Below the pieces are notes generated by a model. The model was not told the origin of the DNA and made no database searches. It saw only the letters and a list, made by a program, of their open reading frames with translations. The translations under genes and the position numbers were made by a program. 36,880 nt of DNA from the IMG/VR virus record IMGVR_UViG_3300025150_000115, positions 1 to 36,880 of that record. One strand, written 5' to 3'. Shown here in pieces: positions 25,655 through 34,414 of the stretch (positions are counted from its first letter, which is position 1; each line of letters begins with the position of its first letter). This DNA comes from a virus. Lineage: Duplodnaviria > Caudoviricetes.

Positions 25655-28600
25655 TTAAGAACATTTCGAACTTGCACAGCTCGTACAAATCAAACACCCC
25701 TCCTGGTATATCACCGTGTCGGAGCCACACGATTTACACGTCTTGTCAGAGGCCACCGTGCCGTCTACGATGTACTTTTTGATCATCCTGGCAACGCCAT
25801 TCTTCCATGTTGATATGACGTCATCGTCGATGTTCAGAGAGGTTATCAAACTTATGACATAGGGCAATGGCATCTTATGACGAAGCACTCCTGATATAAG
25901 TTTTGCATAATTAAAATATTCCTCATTGAATGCTGTGTTCAGCCATTCACACTCAACCTCCGATCCTGTGTGATCAGTATACAAGAAATCGTATTTCGAA
26001 ATTTTACATTTCTCGCCGAACTGTTCGCCGTCAACCTTGGTTTTTCTAACCCGACCATTTTCACACGAGTGTGGCACGTTCATAGAATCAGCCTTACCCG
26101 TAAACACCTCATACGGTCGGTCATCAAGCAGACCTACAAAGCCTATCCACTTCTCGCCTTTGTTCATAAAGCGTATTACATCGCAGTTCAAGAACTTCGG
26201 ACGCTTTGGCGCGTTGTTGTCTTTCTTTATCGACTCTTCTGCCGGTGCATCTGCAGAGATCAGCACACCCGATCTACTACCATCCCTGTATATGGTGCAG
26301 CCTTTGCATCCCGCCTTCCACGCAGCTACGTACACATCGTTGACCAGTTCCTCAGTAACGTTGTTAGGTAAGTTCACCGTAACTGAGATCGAGTGATCTA
26401 TCCACTTCTGCATCGCGCCCTGCATCTTCACCTTCTCTACCCAGTCCACATCGTTGGCCATGGCCTTATAATATGGCGACTGTTCTATTATAGCGTTGAG
26501 TTCTTCGGTAGACATATTGACGACCTTGTCGGGGTCGATTCCATTGTACAACATCCAAGTCTTAAAGTGATGGTGGTACACCATATACTCCTCCCAAGAA
26601 TCGCCGTTCTGATCTACGTGTGCCACTGTCACATTTCTATCATTAGGGTTGATCTTGCGTCTTCTCTTGTAAGCTGCCATGAATGCGCACTCTATGCCAG
26701 ATGTCGTCTTTGTTAGGATCGATACGGATCCGGCAGGTGCTATTGTTAATAAAGCGATGTTTCTACGTCCATACGTTGACATCAGTTCGTCTAGCTCAGT
26801 GTCAGCCTCCCTGAGTCTGCGTAAGAACGGATTGTTTGTCTCTAAACTTGCATCATATATTGAGAACGCTCCCCTGTCCCTGGCCATGTAACATGAACTC
26901 TTGTACGCGCTGAGGGCGAGTTCCTTTTGTATGCGCTCTGCAAATGCAGTAGCTTTTTTAGTTCCATACTGTAAACCGAGTGCAGCGAGCATGTCGCCTT
27001 CTGCAGTGATGCCGGTTCCGGTTCTGCGACCTTGTTCGCATTTTTCCCTAACTTCTAGCCACATCGCTAGCTCGTTAGCCTTAATTGCAGTATCTTCCGG
27101 ATCATTGATGATCTTGTCAACAATCACATCGATCTTCTCAAGCTCAAGGTCTATAATGTCATCCATCAACCGCTGTGCCTTCATCACGTGCTCCTCGAAT
27201 AACTTATAGTTGAATACCGCGTTAGGTCTAAACGGGTTTATAACGTATGAATATAAGTTCACCACCAAAAGTCTGCAACTGTCACCTGGAGGTAATGGAA
27301 GCTCTCCACAATTTGAAACTATTAGACCATTTGCATCAAATTGATGTTCAGGATATACTGTACAGTCACAAACAACTTGTTCTTCAATAAATTCGATACT
27401 TTCTATTTTATCTACAAATCTTTCTCGATAAAATCCACTATTATTTTTTGCATGTTCGATTATAGAATTTATTATATTTATTTTGTGTGGTTCTCTAAGC
27501 TTAATTATTTTATTAAATTCTAAAATATTACTTTTAGATATATGTAAATCATGATATGCTTCACATTCAACAGATACATACTCACCTTTGCCATCTGGTA
27601 ATTCGTACATACCAGCCGGTTTTCTATTTTTATAAATAGATGAAATGATCCCAATTCGTGCTAACATTCTTTGTGCAATCTCTAAGTTCTGTAAGATTGT
27701 ACTTGATATTCTAATATAAGAACCTTTTTCTTGGTCAAACTCTACATGTCCATCTGCATCTATCCAACCTGCAATAAAACCAATATAAAAATCAGATGAT
27801 GTAGATTCTATCAAATTAGAATCTATTACTTTATCTCTTTTTATACCATATTCAGTAGATAAATTTAATAAATATTTTGATTTTAATCGAACTGTATCTC
27901 TTTCTTTAAAATTAATACCTTTCTCATTAACATTTCCAAAATCTGTTCTATGTTTACCATTTTTCTTAGCATACGATACGGCTATTTCGTGTAATTGCAT
28001 TTTTGTATCACCCCAATATTGCAAAATTGCTTCAGTTTCTGTAATAGTACCATCACCAAGTAATGATCCTAATAGCCAACCAAGTTCTTCATTACCTTTT
28101 CCGGTCCAAGATAACCCTATATTATTCCCTAGTAAAATTGAATCACCGATGACAATATCTTTCAATTTTGTCATCTTTGATTCAATTAATTCTCTTTCTA
28201 TTGATGTTACTTTTCTATATGGATGATCATCGGTAGATTCAATGATGAATCCTTTTTTTGTAGTAACCCGATATATTGGTTTTGTTCCTGTAATAAAAAA
28301 ACCTTCATCTGTAGAAGTATTTTCAATGCCATTTGCTATACCTACAAATTGTGAACCTATTAAATCTTTTGCTTTGAACGGACCAGCATTTGTCATAACC
28401 CAAGTTTCTAATGACACACAAGGATTTGTTGATGTAGTCTTAAAGCCTAAGTGCGCATAGCAATCTGCTGGTGATTCGCTGATGATCTTGTCCCAGAACA
28501 GAACACCAGGTTCTGCCATCTTCCAGGCGTTCTTTATGATCTTGTTCCAAAGAGATTTAGCATCTATCATTCTCTCTATTTTTGGGTTGATCGCATTTAT

Positions 28601-29359
28601 TGGCCACTGCTGTTTGTACTGAGATTCTGTCAAAACTGCGTGCATGAAATCGTCATGTATCTTTACCGATATATTAGCACCAGTCACTTTGGTGGTGTCC
28701 ATCTTTGCATCAATGAATGCCTCTGCTTCCGGGTGGCGTATTGAACATGATAGCATCAGCGCGCCACGTCTTCCGTCCTGTGCAACTTCCCTTGTTGTGT
28801 TAGAATGTCTCTCCATGAACGGAACGATGCCGGTAGAAGTTATGGCGGCATTATTTACTGGTGTTCCAGCTGGCCTGATGTCAGATAGATCGGTACCCAC
28901 TCCAGCACGTCTCTTTTGCAACTGAGCAATCCTCTCATCTATCCTAAATATACCACCGTACGAGTCGCCCATTCCTTCCGGGTTTCCTATCACAAAACAG
29001 TTGCCGATGCTTATTTTTTGCAGGTCGTTGCCGATGCCAGACATCGGACTTCCCTGGGGCACTATGTACTTGAAATCCTTCAATAATTCGAAGATCTCTT
29101 CCTCACACATAGGGTTCGGATACTTCGCCTCTATCCTAGCGAACTCACCGGCAAGTCTGTGATGCATATCGTCCGGAGTTAGCTCGTACAGGTTGTCGTG
29201 TGCGTCCTTCAAAGCATACTTGGATGTCCACACTGTAGCGGCCAGCTCGTCCCCATTAAAATATTCAGTTGCCGCTGCAAGCACCACATCATAATTATAC
29301 GCAATTTTAGTTTTATCGCCGTTAATTGTATCCAAAATTTCACTCATAGTATCACACAT
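25655..29359 (-). CDS. nrdJ: Adenosylcobalamin-dependent (class II) ribonucleotide reductase with intein
   Basis: PQGSPM, GNCFV, VAQDGRRGALM, TNP/intein/CGELPL, TIAPAGS, DHSISVTVN, GCTIYRDGSR and a C-terminal CxxC..QEGC..C..C zinc ribbon. Confidence 0.95.
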   Translation of the reverse strand: MCDTMSEILDTINGDKTKIAYNYDVVLAAATEYFNGDELAATVWTSKYALKDAHDNLYELTPDDMHHRLAGEFARIEAKYPNPMCEEEIFELLKDFKYIVPQGSPMSGIGNDLQKISIGNCFVIGNPEGMGDSYGGIFRIDERIAQLQKRRAGVGTDLSDIRPAGTPVNNAAITSTGIVPFMERHSNTTREVAQDGRRGALMLSCSIRHPEAEAFIDAKMDTTKVTGANISVKIHDDFMHAVLTESQYKQQWPINAINPKIERMIDAKSLWNKIIKNAWKMAEPGVLFWDKIISESPADCYAHLGFKTTSTNPCVSLETWVMTNAGPFKAKDLIGSQFVGIANGIENTSTDEGFFITGTKPIYRVTTKKGFIIESTDDHPYRKVTSIERELIESKMTKLKDIVIGDSILLGNNIGLSWTGKGNEELGWLLGSLLGDGTITETEAILQYWGDTKMQLHEIAVSYAKKNGKHRTDFGNVNEKGINFKERDTVRLKSKYLLNLSTEYGIKRDKVIDSNLIESTSSDFYIGFIAGWIDADGHVEFDQEKGSYIRISSTILQNLEIAQRMLARIGIISSIYKNRKPAGMYELPDGKGEYVSVECEAYHDLHISKSNILEFNKIIKLREPHKINIINSIIEHAKNNSGFYRERFVDKIESIEFIEEQVVCDCTVYPEHQFDANGLIVSNCGELPLPPGDSCRLLVVNLYSYVINPFRPNAVFNYKLFEEHVMKAQRLMDDIIDLELEKIDVIVDKIINDPEDTAIKANELAMWLEVREKCEQGRRTGTGITAEGDMLAALGLQYGTKKATAFAERIQKELALSAYKSSCYMARDRGAFSIYDASLETNNPFLRRLREADTELDELMSTYGRRNIALLTIAPAGSVSILTKTTSGIECAFMAAYKRRRKINPNDRNVTVAHVDQNGDSWEEYMVYHHHFKTWMLYNGIDPDKVVNMSTEELNAIIEQSPYYKAMANDVDWVEKVKMQGAMQKWIDHSISVTVNLPNNVTEELVNDVYVAAWKAGCKGCTIYRDGSRSGVLISADAPAEESIKKDNNAPKRPKFLNCDVIRFMNKGEKWIGFVGLLDDRPYEVFTGKADSMNVPHSCENGRVRKTKVDGEQFGEKCKISKYDFLYTDHTGSEVECEWLNTAFNEEYFNYAKLISGVLRHKMPLPYVISLITSLNIDDDVISTWKNGVARMIKKYIVDGTVASDKTCKSCGSDTVIYQEGCLICTSCASSKCS
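27311..28420 (-). mobile_element. Intein (370 aa) with LAGLIDADG homing endonuclease in NrdJ
   Basis: Starts CVSLETWV after TNP; block B STDDHP; LGSLLGDG and IAGWIDADG; ends FDANGLIVSN before C-GELPL. Visibly more AT-rich than the exteins. Confidence 0.95.
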
Positions 29360-29419
29360 TTTATTTTATTTTTTAAGATTGATTACCCCTGAAAAAATCG
29401 ATTTTCATGATCGGTATTT

Positions 29420-29449
29420 TATATATTCATTAGCTGGTCAGAAGTTTCA
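29420..29449 (-). promoter_or_regulatory. Candidate nrdJ promoter TGAAAC-N16-AATATATA
   Basis: Same -35-like element and spacing as the other copies; overlaps the end of the upstream gene. Confidence 0.4.
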
Positions 29450-31370
29450 TTACTTCTTCGAATACGTTGATAACATTAGGAAATGCGGATTCATCGTAGT
29501 CAGTTTGTGTCCACAATTGAAACTGTTCAACCCTGAGAGAATCATTTGTTTTCAATAGATTCACGTTGGAAGAATGCCCAAAAATATTGGGATCCGATTG
29601 CGAGAAAATAACTACACCTTTTTTTCCATGGAACGTCGCAAAATGTTGAAAATACGTATCAACAGAAACGAACGAATCCATATCATTTACAATTTGCTTG
29701 AGCGTGTCATTCGTTGGATTGAATTGCATCTCATCTGCGCCTATGAATGGTTCACCAGCAGCGCCAATTTGTACCGTGTATATATCCGCTTTTCGGAGCA
29801 TTTCTACCAGGATCTTCCACTCAGATATGGGAAAATTCTTCGGATTTACTTTGCCGTCCGGTAGTGAACATGCGAATGGAGCGAGTACGACAGACTTTTG
29901 CGGTTTTTCTGGGGGCAGAATTTTTTGTTCGGTTAATTTTTCTTGTGCTTGCAAAGCGTCCAAAGCGTACCTTTCTACCATGTTGAGACGCGGTGCAAAC
30001 TCAGTATTTTCGTCAATAACTATAGGATCCAGTTGGAGCAAATCTATAGTTTTATCTATTGCATTTGACAAGAAATCGCCATTTTGGAGTTGGAAGTTGG
30101 AGATCTTCTTGTACACTCCGATGGAATCCACAACCTCGTCAGCCGGTCCAATTAATTCGTTGACAGCCTTAGCTACGCCCGGGTAGTCGGGATTTGCATA
30201 GTCGTGGAACAGCATGTATCCTCCGATTTTCAACTTGTTCCAGTAATTTATAAGATCATCGTGAACTGAGTGATAATCATGCATGGCATCAAGGAATATC
30301 ATGTCGAAATACCCGTCCTGCATGAGACCTGCCATATCGGTGGATGTGCCAACTATGGCCCTTATCTTGTTGCTGAACTTGCTAGTGTTTCGTCTGAACT
30401 CTTCATAAGTGCTATCGATGGATTGTGTCTGTCCGCCTGTATCTGCCAGAAACGTGTCTATACAAGTGACGCTCTTAGCAACTTCTGCTATGTAACACGT
30501 CGACTTGCCCTTGTACGATCCTATCTCGAGACACGTCCCGTTGGCATACTGTCGTAATGTCTGACCCTCTGCCGTACTAAGCCATCCAGAAATATGCGAA
30601 TAGTCATCAGATACTGGTCCATCAGAATGTTCCTTCCTAGAAATGTGTTTATTCTTAACGTACTCTGATGCCGTAATCATTTTAGACGGATCGTAATAGC
30701 TGCCAGACTTTGTCTTCCACAGGTAAGTTATGGTAGTCGCCGGATAGTGGAACAATCCAAAACTTGTTGACGTTCGAATCCAATAGTCCCAGTCTCCCAT
30801 CGGATCGGCCTCGTGGTCGAACGGTCCTACGTGTTCAATTACATCGGTCTTGACGACGACGGTAGATATGAAAATAAAGTTCTGTTTCATCAAATTACGC
30901 GCGTCAAACTGCACATAGTATGGAATCCCAGTTATCGACAGCGGCATGCCGTCCTCGTCTACACAGCGCACATCAGAGTATACCATGTCGGCTTTGTGCT
31001 GATCCATCTGTATCATTGCGTGCTTTAGGTGATCCAGGTCCCACACGTCGTCACAGTCGCAGAAAGCAACAGCGTCTATGACGTTATCCTTCTTCTTATG
31101 CGAGATAATCTCGTCCATAGCGGCGTTCCTGGCGTATGCCACTCCAGGTTTCATGCACATGATCTTCACCACCCAAAAGTTGGGGTTGCGCTTCTGCTCC
31201 TGCGCCAGTATGTCAGCAACAATCCGAGGCGTGCCGTCCGTCGAGTTGTTATCTACTATGTACAGCGTTACGTTCACGTCCGTCTGATTAGCTACGGCCT
31301 GTATGGACCGTCCTATGAAATTTTGCATGCCGTCGTGATATGGCATGATCACAGCTATTCTCTTCTTCAT
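29430..31370 (-). CDS. Three-domain fusion: GT2 + class I SAM methyltransferase + GT9-like C-terminal half
   Basis: GT2: VIMPYH, IVDNNSTD, ARNAA, FCDCDD. Methyltransferase: LEIGSYKGKST, IFLDAMHDY, LFHDY. GT9 C-half: NPKNFP, VQIG, FVSVDTYFQH, SDPNIFGH. Confidence 0.85.
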   Translation of the reverse strand: MKKRIAVIMPYHDGMQNFIGRSIQAVANQTDVNVTLYIVDNNSTDGTPRIVADILAQEQKRNPNFWVVKIMCMKPGVAYARNAAMDEIISHKKKDNVIDAVAFCDCDDVWDLDHLKHAMIQMDQHKADMVYSDVRCVDEDGMPLSITGIPYYVQFDARNLMKQNFIFISTVVVKTDVIEHVGPFDHEADPMGDWDYWIRTSTSFGLFHYPATTITYLWKTKSGSYYDPSKMITASEYVKNKHISRKEHSDGPVSDDYSHISGWLSTAEGQTLRQYANGTCLEIGSYKGKSTCYIAEVAKSVTCIDTFLADTGGQTQSIDSTYEEFRRNTSKFSNKIRAIVGTSTDMAGLMQDGYFDMIFLDAMHDYHSVHDDLINYWNKLKIGGYMLFHDYANPDYPGVAKAVNELIGPADEVVDSIGVYKKISNFQLQNGDFLSNAIDKTIDLLQLDPIVIDENTEFAPRLNMVERYALDALQAQEKLTEQKILPPEKPQKSVVLAPFACSLPDGKVNPKNFPISEWKILVEMLRKADIYTVQIGAAGEPFIGADEMQFNPTNDTLKQIVNDMDSFVSVDTYFQHFATFHGKKGVVIFSQSDPNIFGHSSNVNLLKTNDSLRVEQFQLWTQTDYDESAFPNVINVFEEVMKLLTS

Positions 31371-31543
31371 GATAGTGTAGGTAAGTCTTGTATTATCACG
31401 GACCCCGTCGAGATGATTTCTGTAACAGGGTTGACCTGTATTGTGGGTACAAACAGTTCGAACTCCGTATCTAACTGTTTTAGTGTTGCTTTATTATCGT
31501 TCTTGTATGCGTTACTGAACTTTAAAAATTTAGTTGTCATCAT
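31367..31543 (-). CDS. Small hypothetical protein (58 aa)
   Basis: Not in the ORF track. MMTTKFLKFSNAYKNDNK...IQDLPTLS*; its stop overlaps the ATG of the next gene (ATGA). Confidence 0.55.
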   Translation of the reverse strand: MMTTKFLKFSNAYKNDNKATLKQLDTEFELFVPTIQVNPVTEIISTGSVIIQDLPTLS

Positions 31544-31554
31544 TTGTTTTTAAT

Positions 31555-33315
31555 TTATTTGTATATCTGTTTGTACGCTTCGACCACCGACTTGTCCCAA
31601 CGCCTCTCCATGCACCAACGGTACAATCCAAGCAACTCGAAATTATGAACCGAGCTGATGCCGTCGGCAACACTCTTGATCTCGATGTCTACCTCGTCAT
31701 CAAGGCACTCTGGGTAGGCGGCGTATACCGTTATGATTTCATTAGGGTGTGCTTTCCTTATGTCAGGCAACGCCATCCTGAACATGTAATGATCGCCGCG
31801 TCCACCGTCCAGGTTTACGTGTAGCCTCTTAAGCGGCGTGACGCCCCATTCGGCACAAAGCGCGTCAAAGCGCATCTCATCTCTTAGCCACAGTGATGGG
31901 TCGTTGTATGAACGAATACCTCCGACGTCCTGTCTCATGTGCCACACTACCGCTTCGCGATTTATCAAAAGTGCGTGACCGTCCCTGAACATGTTGTACG
32001 TGAATATCGTCTCCTCTCTGTGACCGACCACAGACAGCGCCTGATCATATCCGTGCACCAGGCCGGCAGATCTCCGGTATATGAACGTGCTGTACAGATG
32101 TTCTGCGTTCACCACGCTCGGTTGTCCCTTACCCAGCCACTGTAAATTCGAATGCGTATTTATGTGCGTCAGCTTAGTTGACCAACTACCTGATTGTTTA
32201 TTCATAGGATCCACCACGCTCGGTGCGACCGCTGCGACTCCTTCGGCGGTCTCCTCCATCAGCAGTCTAAGTACGTTTGACTCTGCGTAGTTGTCGTCGT
32301 CCATTCTCCATACCCACTCGGTATCTGACAGCTCTAGCGCCCTCTGATGGTTTCTCACCTGTCCCATTCCCTCGCCAAAAACCACAGTCCACTGTATACC
32401 AGCGCTGTCAAGCATCGCGAACAGGTACCTGAACACTGGCATTGTGCCGATGTTGTTTGCCTGGTCGTTCATGTCGTTAGCGTTAAAGTCGTCCTGAAAT
32501 ATCAATAGCTTCTTTGGCTTTAGCTCCTGTTGGATCACCGACATTATCGCCATAGGCAACGTCGTCGTGTACCTGCCCTTCGTCGAGATCTCGCATGTGA
32601 CATCTGCATAGTCAGAATAGTATGACCTGTCTGTCCTGTCCTTTATAATCTTCAATCTTTTTTGAAACTTATTCTCCCAATCGCTCATCAGATCTGGATT
32701 ATGCACTGTTTTTTCGCCAGCATGATATATCGGGAACTTGGTGGCGTACGACCAATCATCGCCGTCGTCCGGGACACGTACCTGTTTGTATCCAGCACGC
32801 TCCAGTCTCATACAGAAATCAACATCTTCCATTCCACCTGGATTAAACGTCTCGTCCAGGTATCCGATCTCGAAGAACAGCTTACGTGGAATCATCACGC
32901 AGAAGAATATCATGAAATATTCATTAGCCTCTTTACTAAACAGTTTACTAGGTCCAGTTATGCCGACCTTATGTCCACTATCAAATGGTTCGTGCAAAAT
33001 GTCGAGCCAATTAGTCCCAAAGTCCAATATTTGTGTGTCGTTATTTAATAGCACGACGTACTTGCCAGTGGCCACGACCAGACCGGTGTTTATCGCTCTG
33101 GTGTAACCCAATGGATCCGGATACGATAATAGTTTGATGCCCTTGTTGTCCAACGCACGAACAAATTCTTCAGTCCCGTCGGTACAACCGTTCGCAACGA
33201 CTATGATCTCAACATATTCACCAATACCTTCCGTGTACTTAATAATAGACTCGACACAAGGTTTAAGACAATCTTCGAGGTTGTTGTACGTCGGGATAAT
33301 TATGGAATATATCAT
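31555..33315 (-). CDS. Fusion: two GT2 domains + GT9-like N-terminal half
   Basis: GT2a: SIIIPTYN, LLNND, EDVDFC. GT2b: ISTKGRY, WRMDDD, HREET. Tail: HVNLDGGRGDHYMFRMALPDIRKAHP. Confidence 0.85.
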   Translation of the reverse strand: MIYSIIIPTYNNLEDCLKPCVESIIKYTEGIGEYVEIIVVANGCTDGTEEFVRALDNKGIKLLSYPDPLGYTRAINTGLVVATGKYVVLLNNDTQILDFGTNWLDILHEPFDSGHKVGITGPSKLFSKEANEYFMIFFCVMIPRKLFFEIGYLDETFNPGGMEDVDFCMRLERAGYKQVRVPDDGDDWSYATKFPIYHAGEKTVHNPDLMSDWENKFQKRLKIIKDRTDRSYYSDYADVTCEISTKGRYTTTLPMAIMSVIQQELKPKKLLIFQDDFNANDMNDQANNIGTMPVFRYLFAMLDSAGIQWTVVFGEGMGQVRNHQRALELSDTEWVWRMDDDNYAESNVLRLLMEETAEGVAAVAPSVVDPMNKQSGSWSTKLTHINTHSNLQWLGKGQPSVVNAEHLYSTFIYRRSAGLVHGYDQALSVVGHREETIFTYNMFRDGHALLINREAVVWHMRQDVGGIRSYNDPSLWLRDEMRFDALCAEWGVTPLKRLHVNLDGGRGDHYMFRMALPDIRKAHPNEIITVYAAYPECLDDEVDIEIKSVADGISSVHNFELLGLYRWCMERRWDKSVVEAYKQIYK

Positions 33316-33333
33316 GTGATTTTTTATTTAGAT

Positions 33334-33363
33334 ATAATACGGTAGCGTATGCCCGTTGTTCCA
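33334..33363 (-). promoter_or_regulatory. ECF-like promoter TGGAAC-N16-CGTATTAT
   Basis: Heads the minus-strand GT operon (ATG at 33315). Confidence 0.55.
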
Positions 33364-33574
33364 CATACCGATGGAATAAAAATTGGGGCGAAAATAAATA
33401 TTCAGAAAAGCGAAACAATAGTCCGGAATTGGCGTAAAAAATTTCGTGAGATTACCCCAGGGGCAATATATATCTTAAGGTACGTACGCAACGTCCTCTT
33501 TCCACACTCACCACGAGCATCAGTCAAAGACACACCCGCTCCAGCGAATTTATCGGAAATACATAAAAGCCAAC

Positions 33575-33606
33575 GGTGATCACTTCACACACTTTTACTA
33601 TATTTG
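33575..33606 (+). promoter_or_regulatory. Bacteroidota primary-sigma promoter (-7 element TAnnTTTG)
   Basis: TATATTTG at 33599-33606, 30 nt before the ATG at 33637. Only a weak -33 match (GGTG) 20 nt upstream. Confidence 0.5.
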
Positions 33607-33636
33607 AAGTTATAATTTAAAAATAATCTATAAGAC

Positions 33637-33885
33637 ATGAAGTTATTATTACTATTACTATTCACATCAGTCACCTGCGTAGCACAGACGGCAGCTGACA
33701 TAAACATTATGTGTTCACCAAAGAAAGACACAATATACTTGGTACAGAAACCACAGATGCAGATATTCATCACTATATGGGACCTACCAGAATATGCTAA
33801 GGATAAACCTGTATTTGTGTACAAAACCCAACAGGAATTAGATTCCATGTCGAAAATGTCATGGTATAAAAAGGAGGAAAAATGA
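33637..33885 (+). CDS. Small secreted protein (signal peptide)
   Basis: MKLLLLLLFTSVTCVA-Q: a hydrophobic signal with Gln at +1. Confidence 0.7.
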   Translation: MKLLLLLLFTSVTCVAQTAADINIMCSPKKDTIYLVQKPQMQIFITIWDLPEYAKDKPVFVYKTQQELDSMSKMSWYKKEEK

Positions 33886-34208
33886 AGATAAAAGCAATGT
33901 ATATGCCAGATGAGCATAGATCGCTGCTTAAAGGTTTTATTGTGACGAGCAACTTAAATGTGATAACGATAGCAGTTATAGATCCGAACATGGCTATAAA
34001 AAACAGCGTTGTACGCGATGGGACAGAATATTTATCAGTCCGAACACCAGCTTCTAACGAGCGGTTCTTGACGTGTCTTGAACATGCCAAAAATTCTATC
34101 GGTGACCACGCGTGGGATGCCATGCGAAAAGAGGCAGCACAACGATATAAGATTGCCGATATGATACCAAACAGTAAATATTTCCATGTTTTAAAAAATA
34201 AGTCATAA
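33882..34208 (+). CDS. Hypothetical protein
   Basis: 108 aa, overlapping both neighbours (ATGA and TAATG). Confidence 0.7.
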   Translation: MKIKAMYMPDEHRSLLKGFIVTSNLNVITIAVIDPNMAIKNSVVRDGTEYLSVRTPASNERFLTCLEHAKNSIGDHAWDAMRKEAAQRYKIADMIPNSKYFHVLKNKS

Positions 34209-34411
34209 TGATAGAGAATGTTCAACAAGAGTCTAGAACTGACTACAAACAAATATCAATCGACATAGCCAAGATAGGCGCAAGCTTTGATAAAAAATTC
34301 ACTGAACATGAACATGAACGGGCAACGCATACGGAGAAGGAGCTGTTCATAATAGAGCAGTGTACACAGTACCGTTTAAAGCCGAAAACGATGTTCAACA
34401 TAATATTCTGA
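34208..34411 (+). CDS. Hypothetical protein (possibly the 5' part of a TGA-interrupted gene)
   Basis: 67 aa; in frame with 34415-34543 across TGA-CGG. Confidence 0.55.
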   Translation: MIENVQQESRTDYKQISIDIAKIGASFDKKFTEHEHERATHTEKELFIIEQCTQYRLKPKTMFNIIF

Positions 34412-34414
34412 CGG

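Noticed and set aside
29390-29407. Palindrome aaaatcgatttt upstream of nrdJ as an operator or cobalamin riboswitch
   Set aside because: A single AT-rich instance that does not match an NrdR box; the 70-bp gap is too short for a B12 riboswitch.
874-33319. The many plus-strand ORFs in the track (e.g. 1923-2360, 6474-7079, 24032-24550, 29698-30186, 31029-31553)
   Set aside because: Antisense shadows of well-supported minus-strand genes with no recognisable motifs. The same applies to the minus-strand ORFs beyond 33585.
33349-33579. 76-aa plus-strand ORF in the divergence region
   Set aside because: It overlaps the leftward promoter, lacks the A-rich start context of neighbouring genes, lies upstream of the rightward promoter and has no motif.
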